A stretch of DNA of 64,000 nucleotides from Chrysomallon squamiferum (lineage: Eukaryota > Animalia > Mollusca). The notes beneath the pieces are model-generated. The model was not told where the DNA came from. It saw only the letters and a list, made by a program, of their open reading frames with translations, and ran no database searches. The stretch spans positions 21,328,001 to 21,392,000 of the forward strand of contig CM022672.1 of assembly GCA_012295275.1 (NCBI GenBank). The letters run 5' to 3'. The position numbers were made by a program, and so were the translations under genes. Shown piece after piece: positions 14,192 through 33,694 of the stretch (the first letter of the stretch is position 1; the number at the start of each line of letters is the position of its first letter).

Positions 14192-15009
14192 AGTGTTTGT
14201 AGTAACTACTGGCAACCAAAAGAAACCAGATAAAAAGAAAAAAAAAAAAACAAAAAAAAACAAACAAAGACGCAAATGTCTAAATAATTTATTACAGTGA
14301 AAAGATTAAACAAGTGAATTTTTAAATTTCCATTTTTTTTTTTTTTGGTTGGTGAGTTTTGTATTGTGTCTGAATTGTGCAAAGTTGATGTGTCCTCGTA
14401 AGATTTCATATGTGAATTAACTATGTGTTAATGTATCATGTATCCATCTATGTGTGATTGTATTTGTTGTAGATATTTTATGTGTGTATGCAAACGAGTC
14501 TGTGAATATGTGTTTGGGTATATTTACATTTTCATGGTATGTATGTTAACAAAGAAAATTTATTAACAATCGTTATTTGCCACATTTGCTAAAGGTGTGT
14601 GTGTGCGTGAAATTCTTAGAAATATCTATTCTTACTTAAAACTGTTTAACAGAAAACTGTCTTTAAAATTTTGAATTAATAAGAGAAATTAAAAAAAAAA
14701 AAAAAAAAGAAAGAAAAAAAAAAACAAATAAATTAATAAAATAATTTTAGAATCTGTAACAAAAGCATAAAAAAATATAAGAAAACAAAAAGGAAATATA
14801 ATCAACTTTCAAAAAAAGAAGGTAATTAACGATATATTTTTTCTTCTTTTGACAACTGCACAAAAGTAATGATTATTATTAATTTACACTGATACAGCTT
14901 AAATACCAGTTAATTAATAGATTAGATAATTAGTATGCTTTATGTAATACTTTCTTAAGCTTATCATAAATTTTAATAGAAACAGGCTTTGAATAGGTAT
15001 TAGTGAAAT

Positions 15010-15115
<106 letters not shown>

Positions 15116-15746
15116 CTATAAGAAGGAAATATAAAAGAGAATATATATTAAAACTTCGTTTTCTAAGCTATCTGACTCTGTTTCACTAATGTAAAATATT
15201 CCATCTTTTAGCTTCGTCTATTAGAATCTTTTCGTGTATGTAACTTACCATTACTTTTGAAATTTTTAAGCAGTATATTGACGTCTTTTGACTGACGAAA
15301 AAATACGCTTTACCTGTTATTAGACACAAAAGACAATTTTATCATCCGCTGACAACTTCACTTACAAAGAAAGGCGAAGAAGATGAAGAAAAAAAGGGAA
15401 AAAAAAAAAAAAAAACAAGTATGAATATGGCTCCTGACGATCTACATACTCTTTCACAGCTTTTAATTGGAATTTGTCATATCATACGAAATAATAAAGG
15501 TTCAAGTATGCATTCCTTGGTGCATGGTATTAACGGGATACGACAGAAATCCAACATAATTCTGTTTCTGATGCATCAACTTAATTCTGTATGTGAGAAA
15601 CACTGTATAAAAACGTTCTGTGCAGTGTTTGTTTTTTGGGGAGGTGGGCAACGCTGTGCTTTTTACCTAGGCTGTTATATTAACACCTCATTGGCTAGAA
15701 CTACGCAAGATGTAATAAAGTAATTCATTGGAACTGGCTTCTGTTC

Positions 15747-15782
<36 letters not shown>

Positions 15783-16167
15783 GTGTGTGTGTGTGTGTGT
15801 GTGTGTAAAATCTGCGTGTGTTTATACGTGTATAAGTCTTTTGTTGTCATCTGGTAAGTTTATTGTAATATAACTGTATAAATAAATACAACTGTATATA
15901 AGTTAATATTAATGATAATATATATATATATATTTCATCTGCATATTTACTTCATTGACCTCTGAAATGTTCTCTCTCGTTTGGGAAGAAATAAAAGAAA
16001 TCATTTATACTACTAATTATAATACGAAGGTCAGTCGTTACCTTTACTTAAACAAGTGATAAATATTTCAACAGCATTATATGTCTCAGTGAAACAGGCC
16101 ATAAAATACCGTTAGACCGAAATAGATAGAGTTAACCAATAATGAAATTCACGTGTCGGCTACTAGT

Positions 16168-16263
16168 TTCGGCATTATTCGTAAATCAGAGCCGATAATG
16201 CACTAAGTGAAACGAAGTCGACTTCGGCATTATTCGTAACTTACGACTTGAGAATGCCGAAGT
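16168..16263. repeat. Direct and inverted repeat cluster (probable DNA-transposon subterminal remnant)
   Basis: TTCGGCATTATTCGTAA at 16168-16184 and 16223-16239. ACTTCGGCATT/AATGCCGAAGT stem at 16221-16263. Palindrome CGAAGTCGACTTCG at 16213-16226. Confidence 0.7.
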
Positions 16264-16693
16264 TAATTTTCGACTTTATTCGTGAGTTACGACCGCTACA
16301 AATACCATGACCATCCTTGTGGTCAAGAAACCGTTTAGTGTCACGATTTTATCTTCGTCTTGAATGTTTGAAACAACTCGGGCTTGACAGGAATCCAAAC
16401 GTTATTAAAATGCCCGCAGTGCAGTCATGGCGGTGCATAAATAACAAGAAATTGCCATTTTGTGTCTTTCCGTAAAAAGGATTTTAGTTGAATGGAATAA
16501 CAAAGTTTTTTTTATTGGTACACACACCTCTGTTACATACATATGTCGTAATTACATACATTTTATTTCAGCATAATATACAGTATAGTAATATTTAAAT
16601 GAGTAGTATTAATTTTTGAGTATTATTATTATTTTTTGTTGTTGTTATTATTATTTTTTATTATTTTATTTTTTTTTTTTATTATTTTTTATT

Positions 16694-16748
<55 letters not shown>

Positions 16749-19183
16749 TATTTTATTTATTTTATTTATTTAAGAAATAATTGCTGCTTCAGGAATATCT
16801 CTCGTCATTTAAAAATAAATTATCACCACATTTTTATCACAGTTATAAAATTGTACAAAAACAATAATACTATTAAAAATACAACAACATGAAAACCCCC
16901 ACAAATAAACAACATGCATATATACTTTTTGTTTTCTATAATGATGATGGCGGTACTTGTGGTGATGCTAGTGGTGATGATGATACTGACTATGACGCTG
17001 ATGATGATGGTGGTAGGGGTCATAGTGATTATGATAGCAATAATGTTACATCACAGAAATTAGAGAAGCATGACGATATAAATCTCACAGTCTCTTTTCA
17101 GATGAAACAAAAATTATTTTTCTTCTTTATTTTTACGCTCGATTTCTAATTAAATGAATCAGTTAATAGCTGTCTTTGTCGCGTTTCATCCAGTTCAAAG
17201 TAATTTGGTTAGCTATAATAATTCTTGCATAATTTATTAATTTCTTTTTATATCAAACAAACATTGACTACGATTATAATTATGCTCAGTTATCTAGATA
17301 ATATATTTTATGAATACTGAATTAAACACATTATTTTATACCCAAACTCATTTCCACCGTGGAAAGTATGACTGTGGTAAGAGATTTTGTTGTAAATCTG
17401 TTCAAAAGATAAATAATTAACACACTGATTTTCTTATTGACGCTTCTGGAGAATGCACTAATCTGACTTAATGCAGTCGAAATAAAACTCTCATGTTACA
17501 ATGTATGAAATATACCATTGTTATGTAACGCTCTTGTCTCTTGCAGCTCAAAGATACATTCATATATTATTCAGAAATCTAATTAACTTTTCAGTGAATG
17601 AAACAAAAATTAAGATTTTTTCGTTTTAAGTGTTGTTAATTTGTTAAGAACATGTTTCTTTGATAACTCTAAATTACAAAATAAAGGGGTGAATCAGAGG
17701 TTTAAGAAAAGATTCGGCGCCATCATTTTTCAAATTTGTAAATTTCAAAACTGAGGCGTTTCAGTATAAGGAAATACGGAACGAAAAAAAAAAAAAAAAA
17801 AAAAAAAAAAATAAAAAAAAAAAATTCGAAAAAAGAAAAAGAAAGAAAAATTTTGAAATAAAAACGAAAAGAAAACATAGCGCAGAAGAGTTATAACAAT
17901 ACATACACATACACAAATATTCACCGTCACACACACTCAATATATTACGATATTAGTAAATCTTCGTTTCTCATGGAAATACAATCGTTCATCAATCATA
18001 TCGTTTGTAAGCACTCATAACCAATTTGCTATCACATTAATATTCCGAAATTCAAAACATTTACACAGCGGATTCGAAATGCCTCGACAAGCCCGACAAA
18101 TGAGTGTCAGACTATGTAAATGGCTGAGACATGTCAAACAACAGAGATGTAGAAACTAGCTGCGTGCGTGTTAGCTTCGTGTTGTAACATCTACATTTCT
18201 TTGCTCTGTAATGAATTGCTGTGACACAAGAATTGGACTGCGAGTTGTTTCTCTCGTTTACACGTGCAAGACCTTTCCTTCACCCGTGCATTAATGAGTG
18301 CATGTTGTCTTTCCCATTCTGCCTCTCGCTTGCAGATCTCGGACCGGCAGGAGCGCCATTAACAACCTTGACCTTGCTTCCTCAAAGCGTGTGGTGCGAA
18401 TGACAAATGCAAGGTCTTGCAGACGAAATCTATTTTGTTTCACACTTTCGTGACGTTTGCAGTATCCCTGGGCTGAAATTTCGGACGAAAACGGAAATTT
18501 GTGCAAACGACATTATTTTAAGTTAGAGTTATTCAAGGAGTTAGAGAAAAATAAGTAAATAAATTAAAAATAAAATAATAAAAAAATATCAAATATCCAT
18601 CATAAAATTACTGATTTTATTTTATTAAATTTTTAATTGCATTAAAAAATATAAAAAAGTATATAATACATTTCATTCTTACTATTTACACCAATGAAAA
18701 CTGTTGGTAATTTATGTCATACTTTTCGGAGTTAAGATTTAAATCAGTAGATTCTCGATGGATCATCTACTAGTCTTTCTCATGCACCACTAATGGTCAA
18801 AGGTAGATAACCATCATTTGTTGTCTGTTGTCTTTTTTCAGTCCAAATCTGCTGCTTATTCAATCACGGGCGTAAACCCGCATACGACATTCTTCTATGT
18901 TTAAGTAATCTCCAAGATCTGAATACGGCGTGACCAATCGATCGCTTTAAGATTCCAACAGCCGGGCTTCATTGACTGGGCGTTCCAAATCAGGGTCGAC
19001 CCGTCAGGTCACGTTAAAATCAACTTACATGACTTGAGTCAGTCGGTACGGTGTCGGTGTCCGCGTAAGACAAACTAATTAGACTCTTTTCAGATCTTTC
19101 TCCTTATCGAGTTTGTAACATTTTCACAGACTTTTCGACTTCTTTTTTTTTTTTTTTTTTTTTTTTCTTTTTTTTTTTTTTCT

Positions 19184-19246
<63 letters not shown>

Positions 19247-20072
19247 TGGTTGCAAGAAAAAATTTAAAGATATTTCACTTTTCTTAAATTTTTTTAGAGA
19301 CATTTTTCTTCATGATTTATGTAGTCTTACCAGTATTTCTCTGACTGTCTGTAAAGATATATATTTTTCTTTACGTCAATTTCCAGACTTTTTTTTTTTT
19401 TTAAGGTCATTTTCTTTAAGTTTACAAGGCGTAAACAGACCTTTTGGCTTATTTAATAAATCTGCTGTTTTATCAGCTATATTATACACAGTCAACACAG
19501 ACAATGCTAAGCATGAACTTTTGTTTTATATCATAGCGATACAGAGAAAGCAAAACATAGTCTGCATAATGCTGAGAAAAAGAAAAATAAATAAATAGTT
19601 AGATGAAATACAATTTACGTTAGAAAAGCTATAAGAGCCTATTTCGCACATAAACAGTGAATGGAAAAACATAATTGCATTCGTAGCAAAAATGGCAATA
19701 TGAACTTTCTGTTATTGCCAACATATGAAGTTTCGTTGGATTGTTTTGTTATTTTTTTTCCCTTTTTTTTTTTTTTTTTTTTCCTAGTCTATCTTTGAAG
19801 CTGCTTCGAATGAACATGAATAGAATAGCAAAAACAAACGTTACGTTAAAGACATTCTTTAATATTGTATGAAACAGAAAACAAAACAAAGAATTATATA
19901 TAAAAAACAAATTCAGGGAAATTCTGTTATAATCAAACAGTCAATCAACTTGCTTCTGCTTGATGTTCAAGCAAATATGTATGGGGCAAACAATCGAAAA
20001 TCTGGGTGGTCTGAATAAAATAGCATCAGTGTTGGAGAATTATGGTAATCTTATTGTTTATATCTACGCTTT

Positions 20073-20275
20073 GTCAGCAGAGGTTTAGAGCTTTCACTAA
20101 CGACAACAGAGGTTTAGAGCTTTTACCGACGTCAGCAGAAGGCTTACTGATATCAGGTTTACTAGTGTATATAAAGATTTAGAAGTTTTTCTTATGTTGA
20201 CAAAGATTTTACAGATGTCAGCAGAAGTTTTCATGTTTTACTGAGCTTTTAATTCTGACAGCAGACATTTTACTG
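20073..20275. repeat. Degenerate ~29-bp minisatellite
   Basis: GTCAGCAGAGGTTTAGAGCTTTCACTAAC (20073-20101) and GACAACAGAGGTTTAGAGCTTTTACCGAC (20102-20130), with further decayed units at 20131 and 20217. Confidence 0.75.
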
Positions 20276-21881
20276 GGAGTCTTTCTGCGTTTTGCTCACA
20301 ACAAAATAACAAAACGTTGCAGAACATTTAGTAGCATCTCTAATTACAAGGCATGCGCCTAAAGTGCTGTATTACTGATAGAAAAATAAGATTTATATTT
20401 TGTTTTACGTCTCTGATTTTGGTTTGGATTTGATTAGGAACGAGGTGAATCACAAATCTACTCAGACTGGTTGCTCTCTAACTCCAAAAGTTTAACAGTC
20501 ACAATATTTTGAAAATACTGAAGCAAATCATATTAATCAGAAACCTACTATCGGAAATCGAATAAAGGCAGCACGAAAAAAAATATATTTTATTTTGCAA
20601 AGTTAGTGTTTAGACGCTTATGATTGCAAACATGATTTGCAATATAACACAGGACATTTCGAAGAAAAATCAGTAGAACCCATCCCTAGAAAACTTAAAT
20701 AACCAAGCTGGCCATATGTTTCTGAATATAGTAAATTAATAAGTAATTACCGATCTTCATATTGTAAGAACATATAGTAAATAATTTAGCAGTTATTATT
20801 AATCGTATTATAAAAGTAATAAGAGTAAAGAACAAATAACTTAAGAAAATTTATTCGTCGTTGTTTGCTGCATTTTCCTATCACTAATCTAAAAAGGTCA
20901 ATGTGTTTTTGAGACGTGAACAGAACAATGATTCTGGAGAACACAATCAATAACGTATGTTAGGTTCTTGTTTCATTGTTCTTGCTTTAAAAAGAAAAAA
21001 AAATACCACACATATCGGATAAGATTATCTGTCATATTTTCGCACCCTGTCTTTATGATATCATGTCATTTGCAGACTAAACAGCTACAAGTTCACCCAC
21101 ATTACGGAATGCTTTCCTCATGGACTGGCACGCAGTCTTAAGTGCACGGAAAACCGTAATGTTTCTAGTGCCAGCGGAGCATGTGACGGGCAGCGGTGTT
21201 GAACACCCAACCCGATCAGCCATTACGAAATTGCGAGCGTGTTTGTCATACTTTACGACAAGTGCTCGGGGATAAAATTGGCAGATTTTACAATGCTTGT
21301 TGTCAATGAGTGCCCAAGACATCTTACTTGCCTTGAGAGCGGCTGGAAGAACTGGGGTTAGGCGGTGCTAACAGGGACACACTTGTCAAGTGCAATAATC
21401 GACAGCTCTCTCTCAACATGGCCGCGTACAATGGCAGGTTCTTCTAATTAACAGACAATTACATCAAATTGATGCGCGATACATTCTTGACGATATTGTT
21501 CCTAGCTTTCTCCACCGCCAATACCATCATCCTTTATACGCTTGCCAAGTTATAGGCCCGCGATACGAGGGATCATCGGGTACGAATGAGCTAAACTGAC
21601 TGAAAGGATGATGTGGCAGGCTTCGTTTGACTCGAAGATGAAAACGCACATCTGGCGTTGTCTACTGTTGATTAACTAACCTATTATGTTGTGTCGACAT
21701 CGCAGCTTCATTCATCCACTCTCTTTCGGGGATTAAGATAACAGAGATAACTAATCAGGAAAGATGTTAATGACAAACATTTTTTCTTTTTTTCTTCTCT
21801 GCTAAGCATGCAATCAAAATTGCTATTGTTAGTTATATTCTACTTTTCACTCACCAGTTTTTACTGAATGTGTTAGTGTAA

Positions 21882-21885
<4 letters not shown>

Positions 21886-21966
<81 letters not shown>
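21886..21966. repeat. (CT)n microsatellite
   Basis: Directly visible. Confidence 0.95.
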
Positions 21967-21970
<4 letters not shown>

Positions 21971-22934
21971 GTCTACTGCACACATGCACACTCATTTATA
22001 AGTTCTATTTCTTGTTAGGTACAAAATGTCAGGCTGACAAAGAATACGGTTGCAGTGACAAACATAATTATGTACAATAATGTATCTAGGACTGTTTTTT
22101 ACATGGAAAGGAATCTGACAACTCATTGAAAGAAAATATCTTGAGCAGAACAAATCTTTGAGTAAAGTTGTGATTAAATACGTACATATAGTACTGAGCG
22201 AATAAATAAACAGAACAGAAACTAGTTAAAAATAAACATTTTTTAGACTGCATAAGGTCAGAACTGAAAAATTGTCCCTGCTGGATGAACACGTTATGAG
22301 CCAAGTCATTTTCATCAACTGCAGCAATGCAAGCATCATTATTAAATCGAAATCTGCAAACAGTAACACAAACAAACATAATATTTTAATTAACCCATTT
22401 GTATTCGCAGACATTAACTAAAATGCGTGCATACTGTAACAACAGAACGGCATAGCTTCGCCAACGAAAGAGATTGTAAATCATCCGCCGTTCACCAAAA
22501 ACACATGTACGTTGTGGGAGGCAATGCACGGTTCACGGCCAAACAGACATGCTGGAAACTACACAGCACAATGTAATCGGCCGTGGTTTTTACGATCATG
22601 TCGTAAGAATCTGTCATGTTGTCAGTATTCGGAAAACGAGTTCACAGTCAGTTAAAAAGCTGCACTCCGCAAACTGCTATTAAAATATCGAAAATTCTTT
22701 TCAGAATTCCAAGCAGCGTTTTCTTAGTTACTCTCTTTTTTTTTTACGCCGTTTCCCTTTTTTTTTTTTTTTTTTTCCTGTTTTTCTTTCCTTTTTTCAT
22801 AGTTTATTATTTTATTTTTTTAATTATTTTTTTTTTTATTATCATTATTTTTTCATGTTCTGCAATTTCCCTTCGATTCCTTTTGTTCTTTTTTTTTTTC
22901 TTTGTATTTTTTCAGTTTCCTCTATTCGTTTCTC

Positions 22935-22968
<34 letters not shown>

Positions 22969-23742
22969 TTCAGTTTTCTTCCGAATTTTTCCTTTCTTTC
23001 TCTTTCCTCGTGTGTTTTATTATTCATTTCTTTTCGTTCTTGGTTTCATTTCTTATGATTTGTTTTAATTCTCTATTTTTGTTCGAGCTCACAAATAATT
23101 GATTAATGCTTCATTTCGATTTCTGTCTGTATCTGAAATAAAATGTATAGTGACGTAAATTTTAAAATATATTATTAGTTCATTCTGAGTTTTAATTTAA
23201 TAAATAAATAAAAGACGGAGAAGTAAATATATAGTTAGGTCCATAATTGTAATGTCAGAAAGTCTTAGGTATAAATGAACAAAATATATATGACTGAATT
23301 TATATACAACAATTAACGTTTTTATGTTCATGTAGACCAGTCTCTGTGTATGAATGTATACGTCACTTTGTTTGAGTAAGCGATAGTATCGCCTTCTTCC
23401 TTCAGTATAATCCCTAAAATTAATGTTCAGGTCGCTAATGAATTTATGCTGAAAAAACATTTCGTTGAAAGTGTTTTCTTGATACAGCTATTAATTACAT
23501 ATTATGCTAAAACTATCAATAATGTTCGAGCTGAATGTAATTTTAGAAAAAAATATTTCCGAAACTTTTATGAATAATTAATTGATCTTACTTTATTAGT
23601 AAAAAATTTTAAAAAATTAAAAAATGAAAATTTATAGACGATTTCAGTTAGGCAAGTTATTAAATTAATACTAAAATTAATCCACGGGTCGATTTCACCT
23701 AGAGTGTTCACGAATGGTTTATAGTGTTTATATGTGTGTGTC

Positions 23743-23797
<55 letters not shown>

Positions 23798-24247
23798 CTG
23801 TTTATAAGAAAAAAGGTACCAATAAAAGATTTCTTACAGCAAATGGAGTAAAATGACCAATACTTGGTTGCAGCGGGTTTCTTCTATGCACGGCTGAGGT
23901 CTAAATAAAACCAATATTAAAATGTACTGAAGTTTTAAACATAAAATGTTTTCCTGACGCAGTTGAAGAAAATCACGATGTTAGATGACAAAATAAAAAA
24001 GAGAGAGTAATAACAATAAAAGTACGTTAAACCAAAAACATATATATTAACACTTTCGAGGAAACTGTTTTTTCAAACAATTAATAATAAACTATTTCAC
24101 AATAAACAGAAAAAGAAAACAGTTTGTTGCTTTGCGCAGACTCGGTCTGCGGACGCATTTCTTCGACAGCCTATTTCATTATTTTATTTGTTCATTTTCT
24201 CTTTCTTTCCTTCATTTCTGTTTTATTTTTTTATATTGTAATCAGTT

Positions 24248-24318
<71 letters not shown>

Positions 24319-25331
24319 TTTATACCTCCATTTATAATAATAACGTTAATTATTTTTATTTTATTTTATATTTAAAACGAAAAAAGGTTTTATAGTTCAA
24401 GGGAAACAACTCTATTTAGTATTAAAGTCAGAAAAATTGTTTTAATTGTGAGTTTTGCACGTGAACCGAATCGAGGAGTGTAGTAATAAATAAGTGTCCA
24501 TTAAGAAATTGGTTAAATCTGTAAGTCTTTAAGTTTGAATATATTTTTATAATAATATTATTTTTCAAATCGGTTAAAAATAAATGACTTCTGAATAGTT
24601 CTAGACGATCTTTGCAATAATATGAGGTGCTTTTTGTAGTTAAATGACATTATTCCGTTTGTAACCTAATATCGATTCACCCACTGAAAATATTTTTTTA
24701 TTTCAATATTCTGTGTTTTTAAGCTTTATTTTCGTGAGAAGGGGTATGTGTTTTGTTTGATTCATCAATCTAATGCAAATTATAATTAATGTTTAGTGTG
24801 GTGAGATCTGATTTCATGGTTTCAGACTAATACACATGAATCCTAGACCATGAATCTGTGAATTACGGTTAACATCTTATAAATTGTTAAATGTTTTTAA
24901 TTTTTATATATTCATTATTACCAAAAAGTAGTAAACGTTCATTTATTGAAATAGATCCATGTTCTCTCTCACCCTGGTAAATTAAGAATGTCGTGTTGAC
25001 TGAATTCGTTAACGTGTTTGTGTATTCAATCTGTCGTTTCTTCATGTTAATGCATTACTGGCCTAATTAATCTCAAGTTTTATTTACAGTTGCTCTATTT
25101 AATCTAAACTGGTTATTTATCTAAATGATTATTTGTACTGATCACTGTTCTGTCTGTATTTTCTGCCATAAAATCACCTATCTAAATTACAACACTATCA
25201 TTTTTCATTCATTTATATTTTTATTGCTTGTTTTATATTTGTAATTTTGTCTGTGTGTATGTGTGTGTGTGTGTTTATTTGTATGGTTGGTTGATAGGTT
25301 TTTGTTTCTATCATTCATTCATGTTATTGTG

Positions 25332-25381
<50 letters not shown>

Positions 25382-25764
25382 TTGTAATCAATATTAACCT
25401 TATCATTTATCTGCATGTATTAGTATGTGTGTTTATTAATATTTTATTTGATCATGTTTCTTCTTGCATATATTCACAACTTAAAACTAATAAAACTTAA
25501 ACAGTTCAATATTTAAAATTTGTGTATGTATCAAAGTGTATTTAATGTTCAGAAAGAACCCACTAATGCTGCTTTAATTTTTATGATGTTTACAAATTAC
25601 TACATTGATAAAACAGAATGGAAACAATGACATTGTCTTTTAAAAATATTATGCATTTGGAAAGAACATTGTAATGTTATTTCTATGAACCATAATTATT
25701 TATTAAGTATATAGAATTTTTTTTTAAATTTAAATTTAAATTTCAGATTATTGTGATATCCACT

Positions 25765-31057
<5,293 letters not shown>

Positions 31058-32593
31058 TATCAACACAAAATGAAACAGAAGTGATATATATATACATTAT
31101 ATATACATACATACTAGTGAAATGTATGTATCTATACATTATATATTCATGGGCAAAAAGAAATTATACAGACAACTATAAAAACATAGTTAATAGATGA
31201 TACAGAAACTGGATGTTGTGGATAGGTGGCCTTTATATAGAAATTCCAAAATATTCAGTGAACCTCACATATTTAACTATAAAATGTCATTTACTGACTG
31301 TTGTAACAGTCTGGGCAATTTAGAGAAATTGTGTATTGACAGGCATGTGATTATTTGTGTCTGAAATTTAGAATGAACTTCTCATTCATATAATTAATAA
31401 TGAATTTAATGCTGATTACATTAATTAACTCTGTTGTTGTTCTATATATTTTTTTATTTATAGATATTTTGTAAAATAAAATAAAAACTGGATATATCAA
31501 AAATCCTGTGAACTATGATTATTATTTTCAAACTCAGGTAGCCAGTATAATCAGTTTTAAAATTGTATAAATGAAGTTTGAACGATAAAATGTTGTGTGA
31601 CTGAATTTTATATTTGGATTGTTGGAATTTTGTGGGTCATTTTTTTTTTATTTTTTATTATTTTAATTTGTAGAATGTTCAATGGTTACTAGTTTATTAT
31701 TATTATTATATGTGTGATCTTTCTTGTTTTAATGTAGAATGTGTGTTTTTAAGTAGAAGTTAGGAGATAGCTTGGCTTTTGTTTGTTTTTTATTTGTCAA
31801 ATTTTGGAATGTTATTATTATTTATTTATTTTTTATTTTTTATTTTTTGAGAAAAGAATCTCAATGAACAGTTAAATCAACTAAACCAGTATTTAAAGAA
31901 AAAATGTTTTCTGTATTAAAATATGAGATGCAATAATTTCTTATTCTCTCAACTCTCATATAAAACACAGAATCACTTGTGATTTAAAGGGGTTTTTTGT
32001 TATTAATTTTCTTCTTTTTTTTTTTTTCTCCTCATTTCTAGTAATGTCACAGTTAAATGGTATTTTACTTTCTCCCTTTACTGTTAACTAAGATTAGTAA
32101 AACTAACAAGTAAAACAACTGCTTAGAAGTACAAAAAGATATATGTATGTCTTTTTGCACTTTTGAGCAATATATATATATATATATATAGACTATTTAT
32201 TCATAATATTTACCATGTACTTAAATTGATACCGTGACATGAATTTAAAAAATTTATAGTCCAATAAAAATAAGCCTTAGTGCAATTTAAAGCCTCCAAT
32301 AAATTATAATGACTGTAAAATTTTTTTGCATGCACCAATATCCTCAGTGATATTTTATCTTTGGAAATAAATATATCAGAAATGAATTCTATTCTTTTGT
32401 TGTCAGTTATTGTTGTATGATAATATTAATAAATCCTTCAGTTATTTAGAAAATTACTGTACATATGATGCATTATTAATGCTGAATGTCAACAGTTTTG
32501 TTTCATACTATTTTAGCCATTTACTTGTGAATAATTATAGTAATAATTACAGTCCCCGAATTGAGAAAATGTTCATATGACGGTGAAATTTAA

Positions 32594-32755
32594 TTATGAC
32601 GTCATAAACTCCAACAACGACCGTTCATTTTAAAATGTGTAACAAAAAATAATTTACCAAATTATTCTAATCCATATTTAATACCATTTAATTTACTTTA
32701 CTGCTCTGGCTACTACATACCATTCGCAAAAAGAAATTCAATTATGACGTCATAA
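32594..32755. promoter_or_regulatory. Duplicated 14-bp palindromic CRE (TTATGACGTCATAA x2)
   Basis: Copies at 32594-32607 and 32742-32755 share the flanks GAAATTYAA... and ...AACAACGA. Confidence 0.4.
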
Positions 32756-33694
32756 AGCTCTAGCCTAACAACGAAGGCAACGTGTTTACTTTGAGATTTC
32801 TTAAAGGTAAGAAAATCTTTTTTTAAATGAATCATTGAAACGTTTTATATAATTAAAGGGAACATTTTTGTGTTCATAATTATCGATAGTCCCTAATTCT
32901 ATCGACGGCGAAATCCCTTCATTTCAGCATTGTAAAGCGATGCAACATGCATAGGTTTCTTAGCGCGATACTGAATTATTCATAATTATAATTATTTAAG
33001 TATTATTTATTTATTTATTTTCAGATGTTCTTAGCGCTTTTTACGATGATTTAAATGTTAAATTGTGGGGTTCATTCATAGTAACTGAATAGATAACAAA
33101 GTAACTAAAATCACGAATAATAATTCATAAGTTATATTCATCATTTATTCATACATTTATTCATTCATTCATTAACATATTTTGCTTTCTTTATAAATAC
33201 TTTTTTTTCTTCAAATTTCTCAGTATGTAACATCGTATTGTTTAGTAATGCACGCAGACGTAGTTTATTTAATGTTAATTAATGCTTTACAAACAGAAAA
33301 TATATTTATAAAAACACCCTAATTGTTAATTAATACAAATGAGGCACATCATGGCGCACTACTGAGGTAGGACATGTTATAATTAAAACAACTTTACAAT
33401 GATACAATTCTTGGAAGATACACTAAGGGGTTTTCTTTCTGTATAAAATGCAACAAAGAATTTAAGAAAAACTGTGTACGTCGATTTTCCCGACGAATCC
33501 CGACAACTGACTATTTCCTGTAATTTTATTTTATTTTATTTTATTTTATCGAAAGTAAGTATGGGAAGCTATTTCTGCTACTGTTGTTTATTCTGGTATC
33601 AATACTGTTTTTTCAGTTATGACCCAAAATGTTATATTTATATGAACGATATTTATCGAAAGCTGCCGAATTCATTGAAGTCGAAGACACGATG

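Noticed and set aside
20073-20275. Short repeats as a CRISPR-like array
   Set aside because: The units are adjacent and degenerate with no unique spacers, the context is eukaryotic and there are no cas genes.
22616-24395. Hydrophobic Phe/Leu/Ile-rich 'membrane protein' ORFs
   Set aside because: They arise from poly-T and (ATT)n tracts.
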